The notes under the pieces: model-generated | Seen by the model: only the letters and a program-made list of their open reading frames with translations | The model's database searches: none | What the model was told of the DNA's origin: nothing | Translations under genes and position numbers: made by a program | Shown: in pieces, positions 1-8,985 of the stretch | How the letters are laid out: each line of letters starts with the position of its first letter | Position numbering within the stretch: the first letter of the stretch is position 1 | From: Variovorax sp. | GTDB taxonomy: Bacteria > Pseudomonadota > Gammaproteobacteria > Burkholderiales > Burkholderiaceae_C | NCBI GenBank assembly: GCA_035476655.1 | Contig: DATILH010000218.1 | Span: 16,366-80,365, forward strand | DNA length: 64,000 nucleotides | Direction of reading: 5' to 3'

Positions 1-153
1 CTGCTCCACGATGCTGTCCGAGATGGTCATGGTGCTGTAGTCGAAGCCGGTGGTGCCCGACACGAAGGTCCAGTCGCCCACCACCACCGCGCGCGAATAG
101 CCGATCTGCTGCTCGAAGGTGGAACCCGAACTGATGAGTCTTCTGCTGGTCAT
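1..153 (-). CDS. RidA/YjgF/YER057c family protein (5' part; runs off window start)
   Basis: Manual translation from ATG at 153: MTSRRLISSGSTFEQQIGYSRAVVVGDWTFVSGTTGFDY; the GYSRAV..VSGTTG motif is typical of Rid proteins. GGAG RBS upstream. Confidence 0.85.
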   Translation of the reverse strand, partial: MTSRRLISSGSTFEQQIGYSRAVVVGDWTFVSGTTGFDYSTMTISDSIVEQ

Positions 154-225
154 GCAATTTGCTCCTGCTGCAAGGCCGCCGATTTTGGCTCACCACGCCG
201 CATGCGCGCAGCTTAAGCTCGCGCC

Positions 226-1344
226 ATGAAAAAGCACCGCCGGCAGCGCAAGCGTTCCTACCTGGCCCCGCTCCTCGTTCTGCTTGCCTTCGTGGGTGCA
301 AGCCTGGCCTACCTGCTCTTGTCCGAGCCCGAGCCGCGCGTCACCGCGGCGCCCGCTGCGTCGGATTCCAGGTCGCCCGCCGAGCGCACCGCCGCCCTGC
401 CCCCGTTGAAGCTGCCGGCCGACGATGCGGCGCACGGCTCCAGCATGGAGTGGTGGTACTACAGCGGCATCCTGGACGCCCAGGGCGGCGGCCGCTACGC
501 CTTCCACGTGGCCGTCTTTGTCACCAATGCGCTGGTCAAGCACACCGTCATGCATGTGGCGCTGACCGACTTGCACAGCGGCAAGCGCTACACCAGCCAG
601 AGTCGCACCGGCGGCCTGCCGGCCGGCCAGTCCTCCGGCGGCTTCGACTTCCGCCAGGACGGCTGGCAAGTGGCCGGTGCGGGCCCGATGCATCAGCTGC
701 GAATGTCCTTCGAGGGCGTGTCGCTCTCGCTCGAGCTGCGTGACGCGGCGCCGGTCGTCGCGCATCGCGCCCACGACTCGCAGACGCCCGGCCTGCTGGA
801 CTTCGGCGCGAGCGGCATCAGCTACTACTACTCGCGCCCGCGCATGGCGGCAACCGGCGAGCTGCGGCTTGGCAAGCAGCAAAGCGCCGTGCAGCTCGGC
901 GGCCCAGTCTGGTTCGATCACCAGTGGGGCGAGTTCGACGTCAGCCAGCTGGGCTGGAACTGGTTCGCCCTGCACTTGTCGGATGGCTCGGACGTGATGG
1001 TCTACGAACTCTTCGACCAGAACGGGCGCAGCGTCACCACCACCGGCACGCTCACCAATGCCCAGGGCTCGCGCCCGCTGGCGCCCGGCGAGGTGCAGCT
1101 GACACCGCTGCGCCGCTGGACCAGCCCCAAGACCCAGGTTGCCTATGCCGTCGCATGGAAGCTCAGGCTTCCCACCGGCGAGCTGCAGGTGCGGCCCTAC
1201 TTCGACGACAGCGAATTCGACGCCAGCGCCAGCAGCGCCAACATCTACTGGGAAGGCCCGGTAAAGGTCGAAGGCGCGGCGCAGGGCGAAGGTTTCATGG
1301 AGCTGAGCGGCTACGAGCGCCTGAAGCCGCCGGCAGCTCGCTAG
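226..1344 (+). CDS. AttH/CrtC-like lipocalin-domain protein with N-terminal membrane anchor
   Basis: Motifs EWWYYSG, SYYYSRPR, WFDHQW, GWNWFALHL, YWEGPV, GFMELSGY; hydrophobic N-terminal helix. Confidence 0.85.
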   Translation: MKKHRRQRKRSYLAPLLVLLAFVGASLAYLLLSEPEPRVTAAPAASDSRSPAERTAALPPLKLPADDAAHGSSMEWWYYSGILDAQGGGRYAFHVAVFVTNALVKHTVMHVALTDLHSGKRYTSQSRTGGLPAGQSSGGFDFRQDGWQVAGAGPMHQLRMSFEGVSLSLELRDAAPVVAHRAHDSQTPGLLDFGASGISYYYSRPRMAATGELRLGKQQSAVQLGGPVWFDHQWGEFDVSQLGWNWFALHLSDGSDVMVYELFDQNGRSVTTTGTLTNAQGSRPLAPGEVQLTPLRRWTSPKTQVAYAVAWKLRLPTGELQVRPYFDDSEFDASASSANIYWEGPVKVEGAAQGEGFMELSGYERLKPPAAR

Positions 1345-1375
1345 CTTCCGGCCGGGCGGCACGACAATCGGGCCC

Positions 1376-2074
1376 ATGTCCGCCTTCCCTACTCTCTCCC
1401 CGCTCGAAACCCGCGTGCTCGGCGTGCTGGCCGAAAAGCAGCGCACCGTGCCCGACAGCTATCCGCTCACGCTCAATACCCTGGTGGCAGGATGCAACCA
1501 GAAGACCAGCCGCCAGCCGATCATGGAAGTGACGGAGTCCGAAGCGCAGGCCGCGCTGGACAGCCTGAAGCGCTACAGCCTGGTGACCGAATCCAGCGGC
1601 GGGCGCGCCTTCCGCTACGCGCACAACGCCGATGGCGTGCTGAAGATCCCCTCGCAATCGCTGGCCCTGCTCACGGCGCTGATGCTGCGGGGCCCGCAGA
1701 CGCCCGGCGAACTTCGCATCGCTTGCGACCGGATGCACAACTTTGCCGACATTTCCTCGGTCGAAGCCTTCCTGGAGGAAATGGCCGAACGTGCGGCGGG
1801 TGCCCTGGTCGTCAAGCTGCCGCGCCTGCCCGGCGCGCGCGAGCAGCGCTGGGCCCATCTGCTGGCCGGCGAGCCGCCGCAGGAAGCGCCCGATGCCACC
1901 GCCCCGCGTGCTCCCGCAGCCGCGGCCGATGTCTCGCTGGGCGAACTGGCGGCGCTGAAGTCCCGCGTGGCGCGGCTGGAAGAGGAACTGGCGGCCACCC
2001 GCGCCGTCCTGGCCCGCGTCTGTGCCGATTTGGGTATGCCAAAAGAGCTGTGGCCGGAAAGCAGCGCTTCTTGA
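1376..2074 (+). CDS. yceH: YceH/DUF480 family protein
   Basis: RVLGVLAEKQRTVPDSYPLTLNTLVAGCNQKTSR and LMLRGPQTPGELR motifs. Confidence 0.9.
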   Translation: MSAFPTLSPLETRVLGVLAEKQRTVPDSYPLTLNTLVAGCNQKTSRQPIMEVTESEAQAALDSLKRYSLVTESSGGRAFRYAHNADGVLKIPSQSLALLTALMLRGPQTPGELRIACDRMHNFADISSVEAFLEEMAERAAGALVVKLPRLPGAREQRWAHLLAGEPPQEAPDATAPRAPAAAADVSLGELAALKSRVARLEEELAATRAVLARVCADLGMPKELWPESSAS

Positions 2075-2191
2075 GCCTCGGCAACACATTGTCAAGCTAA
2101 CGTCCTACACTGGAAACGAAAGTTGCCCTCGACAGTGCCGGTGGGGGTGTGGATCGCGCTCCTGTCTGCCTGCGAACAAGGAGGTTTGGTG

Positions 2192-2497
2192 ATGTTCGGT
2201 TTATTCCAGTTCAACAGGAACAGTCATATTCGCCGTGCCATGGCCTTGCTCGAGGAAGCGCACATGGCCAGGCTGGAGCACCAGGCCGCGGCCGAGCACC
2301 ACGCCGCCCTGGCCCGCATGTACAGCGACCGAGCCAAGCGCCTGGAGCGCGAGATCTACGGCCCTTCGCACGCATCGCACTCGGCGCACCAGTCGCTGCC
2401 CGACACCGGCGCCACCGCCCCTGCCCCCAAGGTCGCGCACGACAAGCCCGCGCTCTACGCACTGGACGCAGCGCGCCAGGAGTCGAAGATTTCCTAG
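2192..2497 (+). CDS. Hypothetical small protein (helical, Ala/His-rich)
   Basis: AGGAGG RBS before ATG 2192; coding-like codon usage; no recognised domain. Confidence 0.65.
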   Translation: MFGLFQFNRNSHIRRAMALLEEAHMARLEHQAAAEHHAALARMYSDRAKRLEREIYGPSHASHSAHQSLPDTGATAPAPKVAHDKPALYALDAARQESKIS

Positions 2498-2505
2498 CCC
2501 TGGCC

Positions 2506-2856
2506 CTAGCGCCGGCCGCCACGCAAGAGGGCGATGAACACTGCCGTCAGCAATGCGCCGCCGGCCGCAGCGATCAGCGCCGCACGCACTGGCTGGTCGG
2601 TGACATAGTGCTCGCCTTGCCAGCGCAGGGCACCCCAGCGCTCGCCGGCCTGCCTGATCTTCTTGCCGCTGGCATTCACCGCATCCTGGGCATAGGCGCG
2701 TGCGGCCCTGGCCTCGCGCAGGCCCTCGCGCACGCTGTCGCGAATGGAAGCCGATGCAAGGGCATCGGGGACCGAATCGCTCGAGGGCTGGGCGTAGTTC
2801 TTCTCACCCGCGGGCGGCGTGGGGGTCTTCGAATCGTCATCGTTGTCCATGATCAA
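2506..2856 (-). CDS. ElaB/YqjD (DUF883)-like tail-anchored small protein
   Basis: C-terminal YVTDQPVRAALIAAAGGALL..RR pattern (conserved P, TM helix, basic tail). Confidence 0.6.
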   Translation of the reverse strand: MIMDNDDDSKTPTPPAGEKNYAQPSSDSVPDALASASIRDSVREGLREARAARAYAQDAVNASGKKIRQAGERWGALRWQGEHYVTDQPVRAALIAAAGGALLTAVFIALLRGGRR

Positions 2857-3835
2857 GGCGTCTCCAGAAGAATGGCGTGCGTCTGCGCGCGCTCATGACA
2901 TTGGACTCCAGAAAGAAGCGCAGCATCTGCGCCGTCGCGCTTGGCCCCAGCGGGTCGGTGAAGGAGCCCTCGGCCCGGCCGCCCGACCAGCCGTGCGGTG
3001 CGCCGTGAATGGTCCAGAGTTCGGCCAGCACGCGGCCATCGCTCGAACGGTACAGGGAGCGCGTGGCATCGCGCAAGTGGCCGCCCGGCAAGCGCCGAAC
3101 CTGCGCCGGATCCGCGGCGCCCACATGGGCGGCGATGAGTTGATGGCTGTTGCTGGCATGGACCACATGGTCCGCATCGCCATGAAAGGCGATCAGCGGG
3201 ACGCCGCTCGCAGCGCGCGGCGACCTCGCTCCGGGCAGGCCCTTCATGGCCATCAGCGCCGAATGCACATCGACCGCCACGCCGGCTGCCAGCCCCGAAT
3301 GCACGCCGAGGGCGGCGTACAGCTCCGGATAGGCCTGCGCCAGGATCGCCGCCATCGCGCCGCCGGCCGACAGGCCGGCCACGTAGACGCGCCGTGCATC
3401 GATCGGGTGATGCTGGATGATCTCGCGCGTCATGGCGGCCAGCAGCGCAGGCTCGCCGTGGCCGCGCGCCTGGTGACCGTGCTTGAACCAGTTCCAGCAG
3501 CCCTGCGCATTGGCCATGCGCGACTGCGCCGGATAGAGCACATAGCACCCTTGCGCATCGGCGGCCTCGTTCATCGCCGTGCCGCGCGCGAAGTCGTCCG
3601 GGTCCTGGCCACAGCCGTGCAACAACACCACCAGCGGACGTGGTGGCGCCTGGCCCGGCCGCGGCGCGGGAGTAAAGAGCTTGTAGTCGCGCCGCATGGC
3701 GCCCGCTGCAAAACTGCCGGACAGGAACTGGCCGGCAGCAGGAGCATCAGGTGTCGCGCGAAAGCGCCCGCGGCCTATTTGCCGGGCCACCCGGCCCAAC
3801 ATCCGCGTCCAACGAGAGAACCCATGTCTTTCCAT
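2837..3835 (-). CDS. PHB depolymerase/LpqC family esterase
   Basis: LVVLLHGCGQ, CWNWF, nucleophile GLSAGG, FHGDAD, HGWSGG motifs; start at ATG 3835 after an AGGAAG RBS. Confidence 0.85.
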   Translation of the reverse strand: MERHGFSRWTRMLGRVARQIGRGRFRATPDAPAAGQFLSGSFAAGAMRRDYKLFTPAPRPGQAPPRPLVVLLHGCGQDPDDFARGTAMNEAADAQGCYVLYPAQSRMANAQGCWNWFKHGHQARGHGEPALLAAMTREIIQHHPIDARRVYVAGLSAGGAMAAILAQAYPELYAALGVHSGLAAGVAVDVHSALMAMKGLPGARSPRAASGVPLIAFHGDADHVVHASNSHQLIAAHVGAADPAQVRRLPGGHLRDATRSLYRSSDGRVLAELWTIHGAPHGWSGGRAEGSFTDPLGPSATAQMLRFFLESNVMSARRRTPFFWRRLDHGQR

Positions 3836-3980
3836 GTCTTCCTGAGTGTCGGCGACTTCGCCTGAACCGACCGTATCGCATTCGTCCCACAGTCGCTGGC
3901 CCCGCGCGCCGACAAGTTCGGCTGCCGCGCGCGGCCATCCTGTCCACGGTGACCCCTCTCGCACGAGGTGCACCCGCCCC

Positions 3981-6038
3981 ATGGTCAGGCCCTTCACGCA
4001 GTCGATTGCCGGATTCCCGCAGCGCCATCCCTTCATGGCGACCCTGGCAGCCGTGTTGCTGCTGCTGGTGCTGGTGCTGCTGCTGTTCGACTGGAACTGG
4101 GTGCGTCCCCCGCTGGAGCGCTACATCTCGCAGAAGACCGAACGGGAGTTCCGCATCTCGGACCTGGATGTGGACATCGGCTTCACGCCCACAGTCCGCA
4201 TGCGCGATGTCCACTTCGGCAACGCCGCCTGGTCAGAGCAAGGCCAACCCATGGCCAAGGCGCAGATGCTCGAGTTCTCGGTCTCGCTGCGCGACCTGCC
4301 CGACAAGATCCTGATCCCGCGCGTCGCACTGACCCGGCCCGAACTCCTGTTCGAACGGCTGCCGGACGACCGCAAGAACTGGATTTTCTCGGACCCCTCG
4401 GACACGTCGCCCAGCCGGCTGCGCATCAGCACCTTGTCGGTGGATCACGGACAACTGCGCTACATCGACCACGGCGAGCCCTTCTCCGTCGACGTGGAGG
4501 CCGGCACCTTCGACCCGGCCAAACAGGAGCAGGTCAAGGATGCCAACGCTGCGCCGCGCAACGACGCCTACAGCACGCAGTACAAGTTCAAGGGCAACTA
4601 CCACGGCGCCAGTTTCTCCGGCACGGCGCTCACCGGCGAAGTGCTGAGCTTCCAGGAGTCGGGTGTGCCCTTCCCGGTCAAGGGAGAACTCAGCGCCGGC
4701 ACGACCCGCCTGCGGCTGGAAGGCACCATCGCGGATGCCGCCAACATCTCCGGCATCGACACCCGATTGCAGATCGAAGGCAAGACGCTCGCCAACCTCT
4801 ATCCCTTCCTGCTGCTGCCGCTGCCGGCCTCGCCCCCTTACCGGCTGGAAGGGCGCCTGGTGCTCAAGGGCAACCGATACACCATGGATGATCTGCGCGG
4901 CCGGATCGGCTCGACCGATGTCAGCGGCAAGGCCGCCTATGTCGACAAGGCGCCGCGGCCGCTCCTGACGGCCGACTTGCGCAGCAAGAACCTCGACCTG
5001 GCCGACCTCGGGCCGATGATCGGCATCGAGACCAAGGAAAGCCGCGGCAAGCCGAAACTGACCCAATCGCAGACGCGCGACCGCCCGACGGCCAAGGCCA
5101 GGCAGGACAAGATCGACCCCGAGCATCTGCTGCCCAGCGGTTCCTTCGATGGCAGCCGTCTGCAGGAAATCGATGCCGAGGTCGAGCTCCACGCCACCCG
5201 GCTGCAGGTGCCCAAGGGACTGCCGCTGGAAAGCCTGAAGGCCTCCTTGCGCCTGCACGACGCCATCATGAATGTGGCGCCGCTGGACTTCGGCTTTGCC
5301 GGCGGCACCATCGCCGCGCGCGCCAGGCTCGATGCGCGCGCACCCATCATCAAGTCCGATGTGCAGGTCGATCTGCAGGGCATCCGCCTGGCCCAGTTCG
5401 TGCCCGAAAACGAGACCATCGCCAAGGGTGCCGGCCGCGCCGGCGCCACCTTGCGCCTTTCGGGCGTCGGCAACTCCATCGCCGACGCCGCGGCCAGGGC
5501 CAATGGCCGCATCGCCACCACCATCGTGGACGGACGCGTCTCCAACCTGCTGGATGCCGCCAGCGCCCTGAATCTCGGGAAGGTGCTGGCGCTGCTGGCG
5601 GGTGGGGACAAGGACATCGTCATCAACTGCGGCGGCGCCGTCTTCGACGTCAAGGATGGCAAGGGCAAGTCCACTGTGTTCGTTGTCGACACCGAGCAGA
5701 CCCAGGTGCTTGGCGAAGGCTGGTTCGACCTGGAGCACGAGCGCTTCGACCTGACCGTTGTGCCGCGGCCCAAGGAGGCGAGCGTGCTTTCGCTGCGCAC
5801 GCCGGTGCGGGTCTTCGGCACTTTCAGCGACCCGGACTTCGAACTCAAGAAGGGGCCTCTGGCCGCGCGCGCCGGCGCCATCGCGGCGCTGGCGGCCGCC
5901 GCGCCGCTGGCCGCCCTCATTCCCTTGATCGAAACCGGTCCGGGCCAGGACACCGACTGTGGCGCGGTTCGCCAGAAGGTGGGCGGTGCAACCAGGCAGG
6001 CCAACACTTCACCCAAACCAGCGCGCAAGAAGCCATGA
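3981..6038 (+). CDS. AsmA family protein (YhjG-like)
   Basis: N-terminal TM followed by FDWNWVRPPLE; C-terminal SLRTPVRVFGTFSDP and LIPLIETGPG. Start codon uncertain. Confidence 0.85.
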   Translation: MVRPFTQSIAGFPQRHPFMATLAAVLLLLVLVLLLFDWNWVRPPLERYISQKTEREFRISDLDVDIGFTPTVRMRDVHFGNAAWSEQGQPMAKAQMLEFSVSLRDLPDKILIPRVALTRPELLFERLPDDRKNWIFSDPSDTSPSRLRISTLSVDHGQLRYIDHGEPFSVDVEAGTFDPAKQEQVKDANAAPRNDAYSTQYKFKGNYHGASFSGTALTGEVLSFQESGVPFPVKGELSAGTTRLRLEGTIADAANISGIDTRLQIEGKTLANLYPFLLLPLPASPPYRLEGRLVLKGNRYTMDDLRGRIGSTDVSGKAAYVDKAPRPLLTADLRSKNLDLADLGPMIGIETKESRGKPKLTQSQTRDRPTAKARQDKIDPEHLLPSGSFDGSRLQEIDAEVELHATRLQVPKGLPLESLKASLRLHDAIMNVAPLDFGFAGGTIAARARLDARAPIIKSDVQVDLQGIRLAQFVPENETIAKGAGRAGATLRLSGVGNSIADAAARANGRIATTIVDGRVSNLLDAASALNLGKVLALLAGGDKDIVINCGGAVFDVKDGKGKSTVFVVDTEQTQVLGEGWFDLEHERFDLTVVPRPKEASVLSLRTPVRVFGTFSDPDFELKKGPLAARAGAIAALAAAAPLAALIPLIETGPGQDTDCGAVRQKVGGATRQANTSPKPARKKP

Positions 6039-7171
6039 AACTTCCGGCCCTGCTCGAACTCGGCCGCAAGGCGGTCATGGCCTGGGTCGACGACTACGCG
6101 CCCAGCATGGGCGCCGCGATTTCCTACTACACCATCTTCTCTTTGGCGCCGCTGCTGGTGATCGTGATCGCGGTGGCCGGCGCCGTTTTCGGGCGCGAGG
6201 TGGCGCAAGAGCAGATCGTGGCGCAGGTGAGCAGCCTGGTTGGCCAGAACGGCGGCCTCGCTGTCAAGGCCATGCTCGCCAGCGCCAGCGACACCGACAA
6301 GGGCCTGGTGGCCGGCGTCATCAGCGCGGTGGTGCTGCTGGTGGGCGCCACCACCGTGTTCGCCGAGCTGCAGAGCGCGCTCGACCGCATATGGCACGTG
6401 CCCGAGCGGGCCAAGCCCTCGGGCCTGTGGGCGGTGCTGCGGGCGCGCCTCTTGTCCTTCGGGCTGATCCTGGGGCTGGCCTTCCTGCTGGTCGTCTCGC
6501 TGATCGTGAGCGCCGCGCTGGCCGCCTTCGACGGCTGGATCGGCGGCCTGCTGCCGGGCTGGGAGCTGCTGCTGCAGGGCCTCAATGCGCTGATCTCCTT
6601 CGCCATCATCACCCTGCTCTTCGCCATGATCTTCAAGCTGATGCCAACCACCCCGATCGCATGGCGCGACGTCTGGATCGGCGCCAGCGTGACCGCCGTG
6701 CTGTTCGAACTGGGCAAGTTGCTGATCGGGCTGTACCTGGGCAAGAGCGGCTTCTCGGAATCCTTTGCCGCGGCTGGCTCGCTGGTCGTGCTGGTGGCCT
6801 GGGTCTACTACGCGGCGCAGATTTTCCTGCTGGGTGCCGAGTTCACCAAGGTGTATGCGGACGCGCACGGCTCCCTGTCGGGCGTGCAGGCACAGAAGGC
6901 CACCGAGCTTGCGGCGCGAGTCAAGGACGAAGGCACGGACGCCGCTGCATCGCCGGTGGCGGCGCTGGACGTCCGCGAGCTGGCGAACACCACCAAGGCC
7001 AGGCAGGAGGTCGATCGGCGCGTTGCCCTCGCGCGCAAGGAACTCGCCACACGGTTGCTGCTGCTGGCCGCGCTGGTGCTGGTGGACCTTCTGGCGCAAC
7101 GCTGGGAAGGGCGCCGTCACAGGCGCGAGCGAGCCCTCAGCCGCGCGGCTGCAGACGACGGTATGCGCTGA
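6035..7171 (+). CDS. YihY/virulence factor BrkB family membrane protein
   Basis: DDYAPSMGAAISYYTIFSLAPLL, ELQSALDRIW, WVYYAAQIFLLGAEF; ATGA overlap with the AsmA gene. Confidence 0.9.
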   Translation: MKLPALLELGRKAVMAWVDDYAPSMGAAISYYTIFSLAPLLVIVIAVAGAVFGREVAQEQIVAQVSSLVGQNGGLAVKAMLASASDTDKGLVAGVISAVVLLVGATTVFAELQSALDRIWHVPERAKPSGLWAVLRARLLSFGLILGLAFLLVVSLIVSAALAAFDGWIGGLLPGWELLLQGLNALISFAIITLLFAMIFKLMPTTPIAWRDVWIGASVTAVLFELGKLLIGLYLGKSGFSESFAAAGSLVVLVAWVYYAAQIFLLGAEFTKVYADAHGSLSGVQAQKATELAARVKDEGTDAAASPVAALDVRELANTTKARQEVDRRVALARKELATRLLLLAALVLVDLLAQRWEGRRHRRERALSRAAADDGMR

Positions 7172-7994
7172 AGTGGCGGATGGCGCTCTGCTTGTCGCCC
7201 GCCTTGGCATACAGCAGCGCAGCGTTCTGATGCGCGTCGGCCATGTCGGGCGCGAGGCGCAGGCAGGTCTCGTAGCTCGCGACGGCCTCCGCCGTGCGGC
7301 CCAGCGCCTCCAGCGCCACGCCGCGGTTGTAGTGGATCAACGGCGCCTTCGGACAGTGCGCCAGCGCCACTTGGTAGAGGGCGGCCGCCTCGTCGAAGCG
7401 GCCGGCTTCGCACAGCATGAAGCCGAGATTGGCATAGGCGTCCGCATGATCCGGCACGGCTTCGATGACGCGCCGGTACAGCGCCTGCGCCGCGGCGACG
7501 TCGACGGCCTCCAGCGCCTCGGCCTGCTCGAACAGGTCCTGCGCGTCGTCGCCCTGCGCGCCGGCATCGGATGCGGCTGGCCGGTCGAAGGCATGCACGG
7601 CGGCAGCGGCGGGGGCCGCGTGGAAATCCATCATCAGCTGGCCGGTGTCGGCATCCCACTGGGCATCGCCCCATCGCACTGCAACGCGGTCGCCCACGGC
7701 CTGGATGCGGATCGCGCTGGCAGGCGTGTCCAGCGGCAGCGCGCTCTTGAGCTGGCGTAGCGAACGCAGGATCTGCCGCGTCGGGATGTCGGCCGCGCGC
7801 AGCTCTTGCGCGGTGCGCAGCAGCACCACGTCGCGAAAGGAGAAACGCAAGACGCGCCCGGGCGCCCTCACCGGCTGCACGAAACCCAGCTCGACCAGGC
7901 GGCCCACAGCGTGCCGCGTGAGGCCCAGCATCTGCGTGATGCCGCGCAGGGTGTAGGGATGGGTGCTGTCCAGCGACGAGGAAGCGTCTGCCAC
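7137..7994 (-). CDS. MerR-like HTH plus tetratricopeptide repeat protein
   Basis: N-terminal HTH-like YTLRGITQMLGL..FSFRDVVLLR; C-terminal TPR repeats (DAYANLG, IHYNRGVALE, DAHQNAA). GTG start abuts the Ku stop. Confidence 0.8.
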   Translation of the reverse strand: MADASSSLDSTHPYTLRGITQMLGLTRHAVGRLVELGFVQPVRAPGRVLRFSFRDVVLLRTAQELRAADIPTRQILRSLRQLKSALPLDTPASAIRIQAVGDRVAVRWGDAQWDADTGQLMMDFHAAPAAAAVHAFDRPAASDAGAQGDDAQDLFEQAEALEAVDVAAAQALYRRVIEAVPDHADAYANLGFMLCEAGRFDEAAALYQVALAHCPKAPLIHYNRGVALEALGRTAEAVASYETCLRLAPDMADAHQNAALLYAKAGDKQSAIRHFSAYRRLQPRG

Positions 7995-8912
7995 TTACTT
8001 CTTCATGCGGGCGCGGGGGGCAGGCGCGGCGGCTGCGCTCTTGGTGCTGGCAGCGCGCTTGGCGCCCTTGGCCTGGCCGGCGCTCTCCAGGTCTGCCACC
8101 ACGCCGGTCTTGGCGGGCCGCCTGGCCTCGCCCTTGGCCGCGCGCGACAAGCTGGCACGCAGCATCTCGGTCAGGTCGATCACCTCGCCGCCGGCGTGGT
8201 CCTCGGGGTGTTCCATGGCCACCACTTCCTGGCCGGCGATCTTGGCATCGATGGCGGCCAGGATGCGCTTCTTCTCCTCATCCTCGAATTCGCTCGGCTC
8301 GTAACTGTCGGCCGATATCTGCTCGATCAGCTGCAGGGCCAGCTTGAGTTCGGCGCCCGAAGGGGTGCTTTGCTCGATGTCCAGGTCCTTCAGCGAGCGG
8401 ACCTCGTCCGCATAGAGCAGTTGCTGCAGCACCAACCCGTCTTCACCGGCGCGTACCTGCACCACGTACTGCTTGCCCTTCCAGGCCCAGCGCGCCAGGG
8501 CGCAGCGCGCGCTGTCCAGCATGGCGGCCTTGAGCAGGTTGTAGGGCTTGCCGCCGCGCTTGTCGGGGGCGAGGAAGTAGGCCTTGTCGAAGTAGATCGG
8601 GTCGACCGCCGCCACCGGGATGAAGGAGACGATGTCGATCAGGTGGCTGGCGTTGTTCTCCAGCGCCTTCAACTCGTCCGGCTGGAAGATGACGTAGCGG
8701 TCCTTCTCGAACTCGTAGCCCTTGACCATTTCCGAGCGCGGCACCACCTGCTGGTCCTTCTCGGAGATGTACTGCTGCTTGACGCGCGAGCCGTCCTTGG
8801 CGAGCAGGTTGAAATGAATCGTCGCCGAGCTTTCCGTGGCCGAGTACAGGCGCACCGGTATCGAGACCAGACCAAATCCCAGGGAGAGCGACGCGATCGA
8901 ACGTGCAGCCAT
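7995..8912 (-). CDS. ku: Non-homologous end-joining protein Ku
   Basis: LGFGLVSIPVRLYSATE, MVKGYEFEK, IYFDKAYFLAP, VIDLTEMLRASL, and a basic Ala/Lys-rich C-terminal tail. Confidence 0.95.
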   Translation of the reverse strand: MAARSIASLSLGFGLVSIPVRLYSATESSATIHFNLLAKDGSRVKQQYISEKDQQVVPRSEMVKGYEFEKDRYVIFQPDELKALENNASHLIDIVSFIPVAAVDPIYFDKAYFLAPDKRGGKPYNLLKAAMLDSARCALARWAWKGKQYVVQVRAGEDGLVLQQLLYADEVRSLKDLDIEQSTPSGAELKLALQLIEQISADSYEPSEFEDEEKKRILAAIDAKIAGQEVVAMEHPEDHAGGEVIDLTEMLRASLSRAAKGEARRPAKTGVVADLESAGQAKGAKRAASTKSAAAAPAPRARMKK

Positions 8913-8985
8913 GTAGTGCTCCAAGCGCGGGGGAGAGAGGAACTGTAAGTTTTTTTACCGACATGCGGCAACATGGGCGTTGTTC

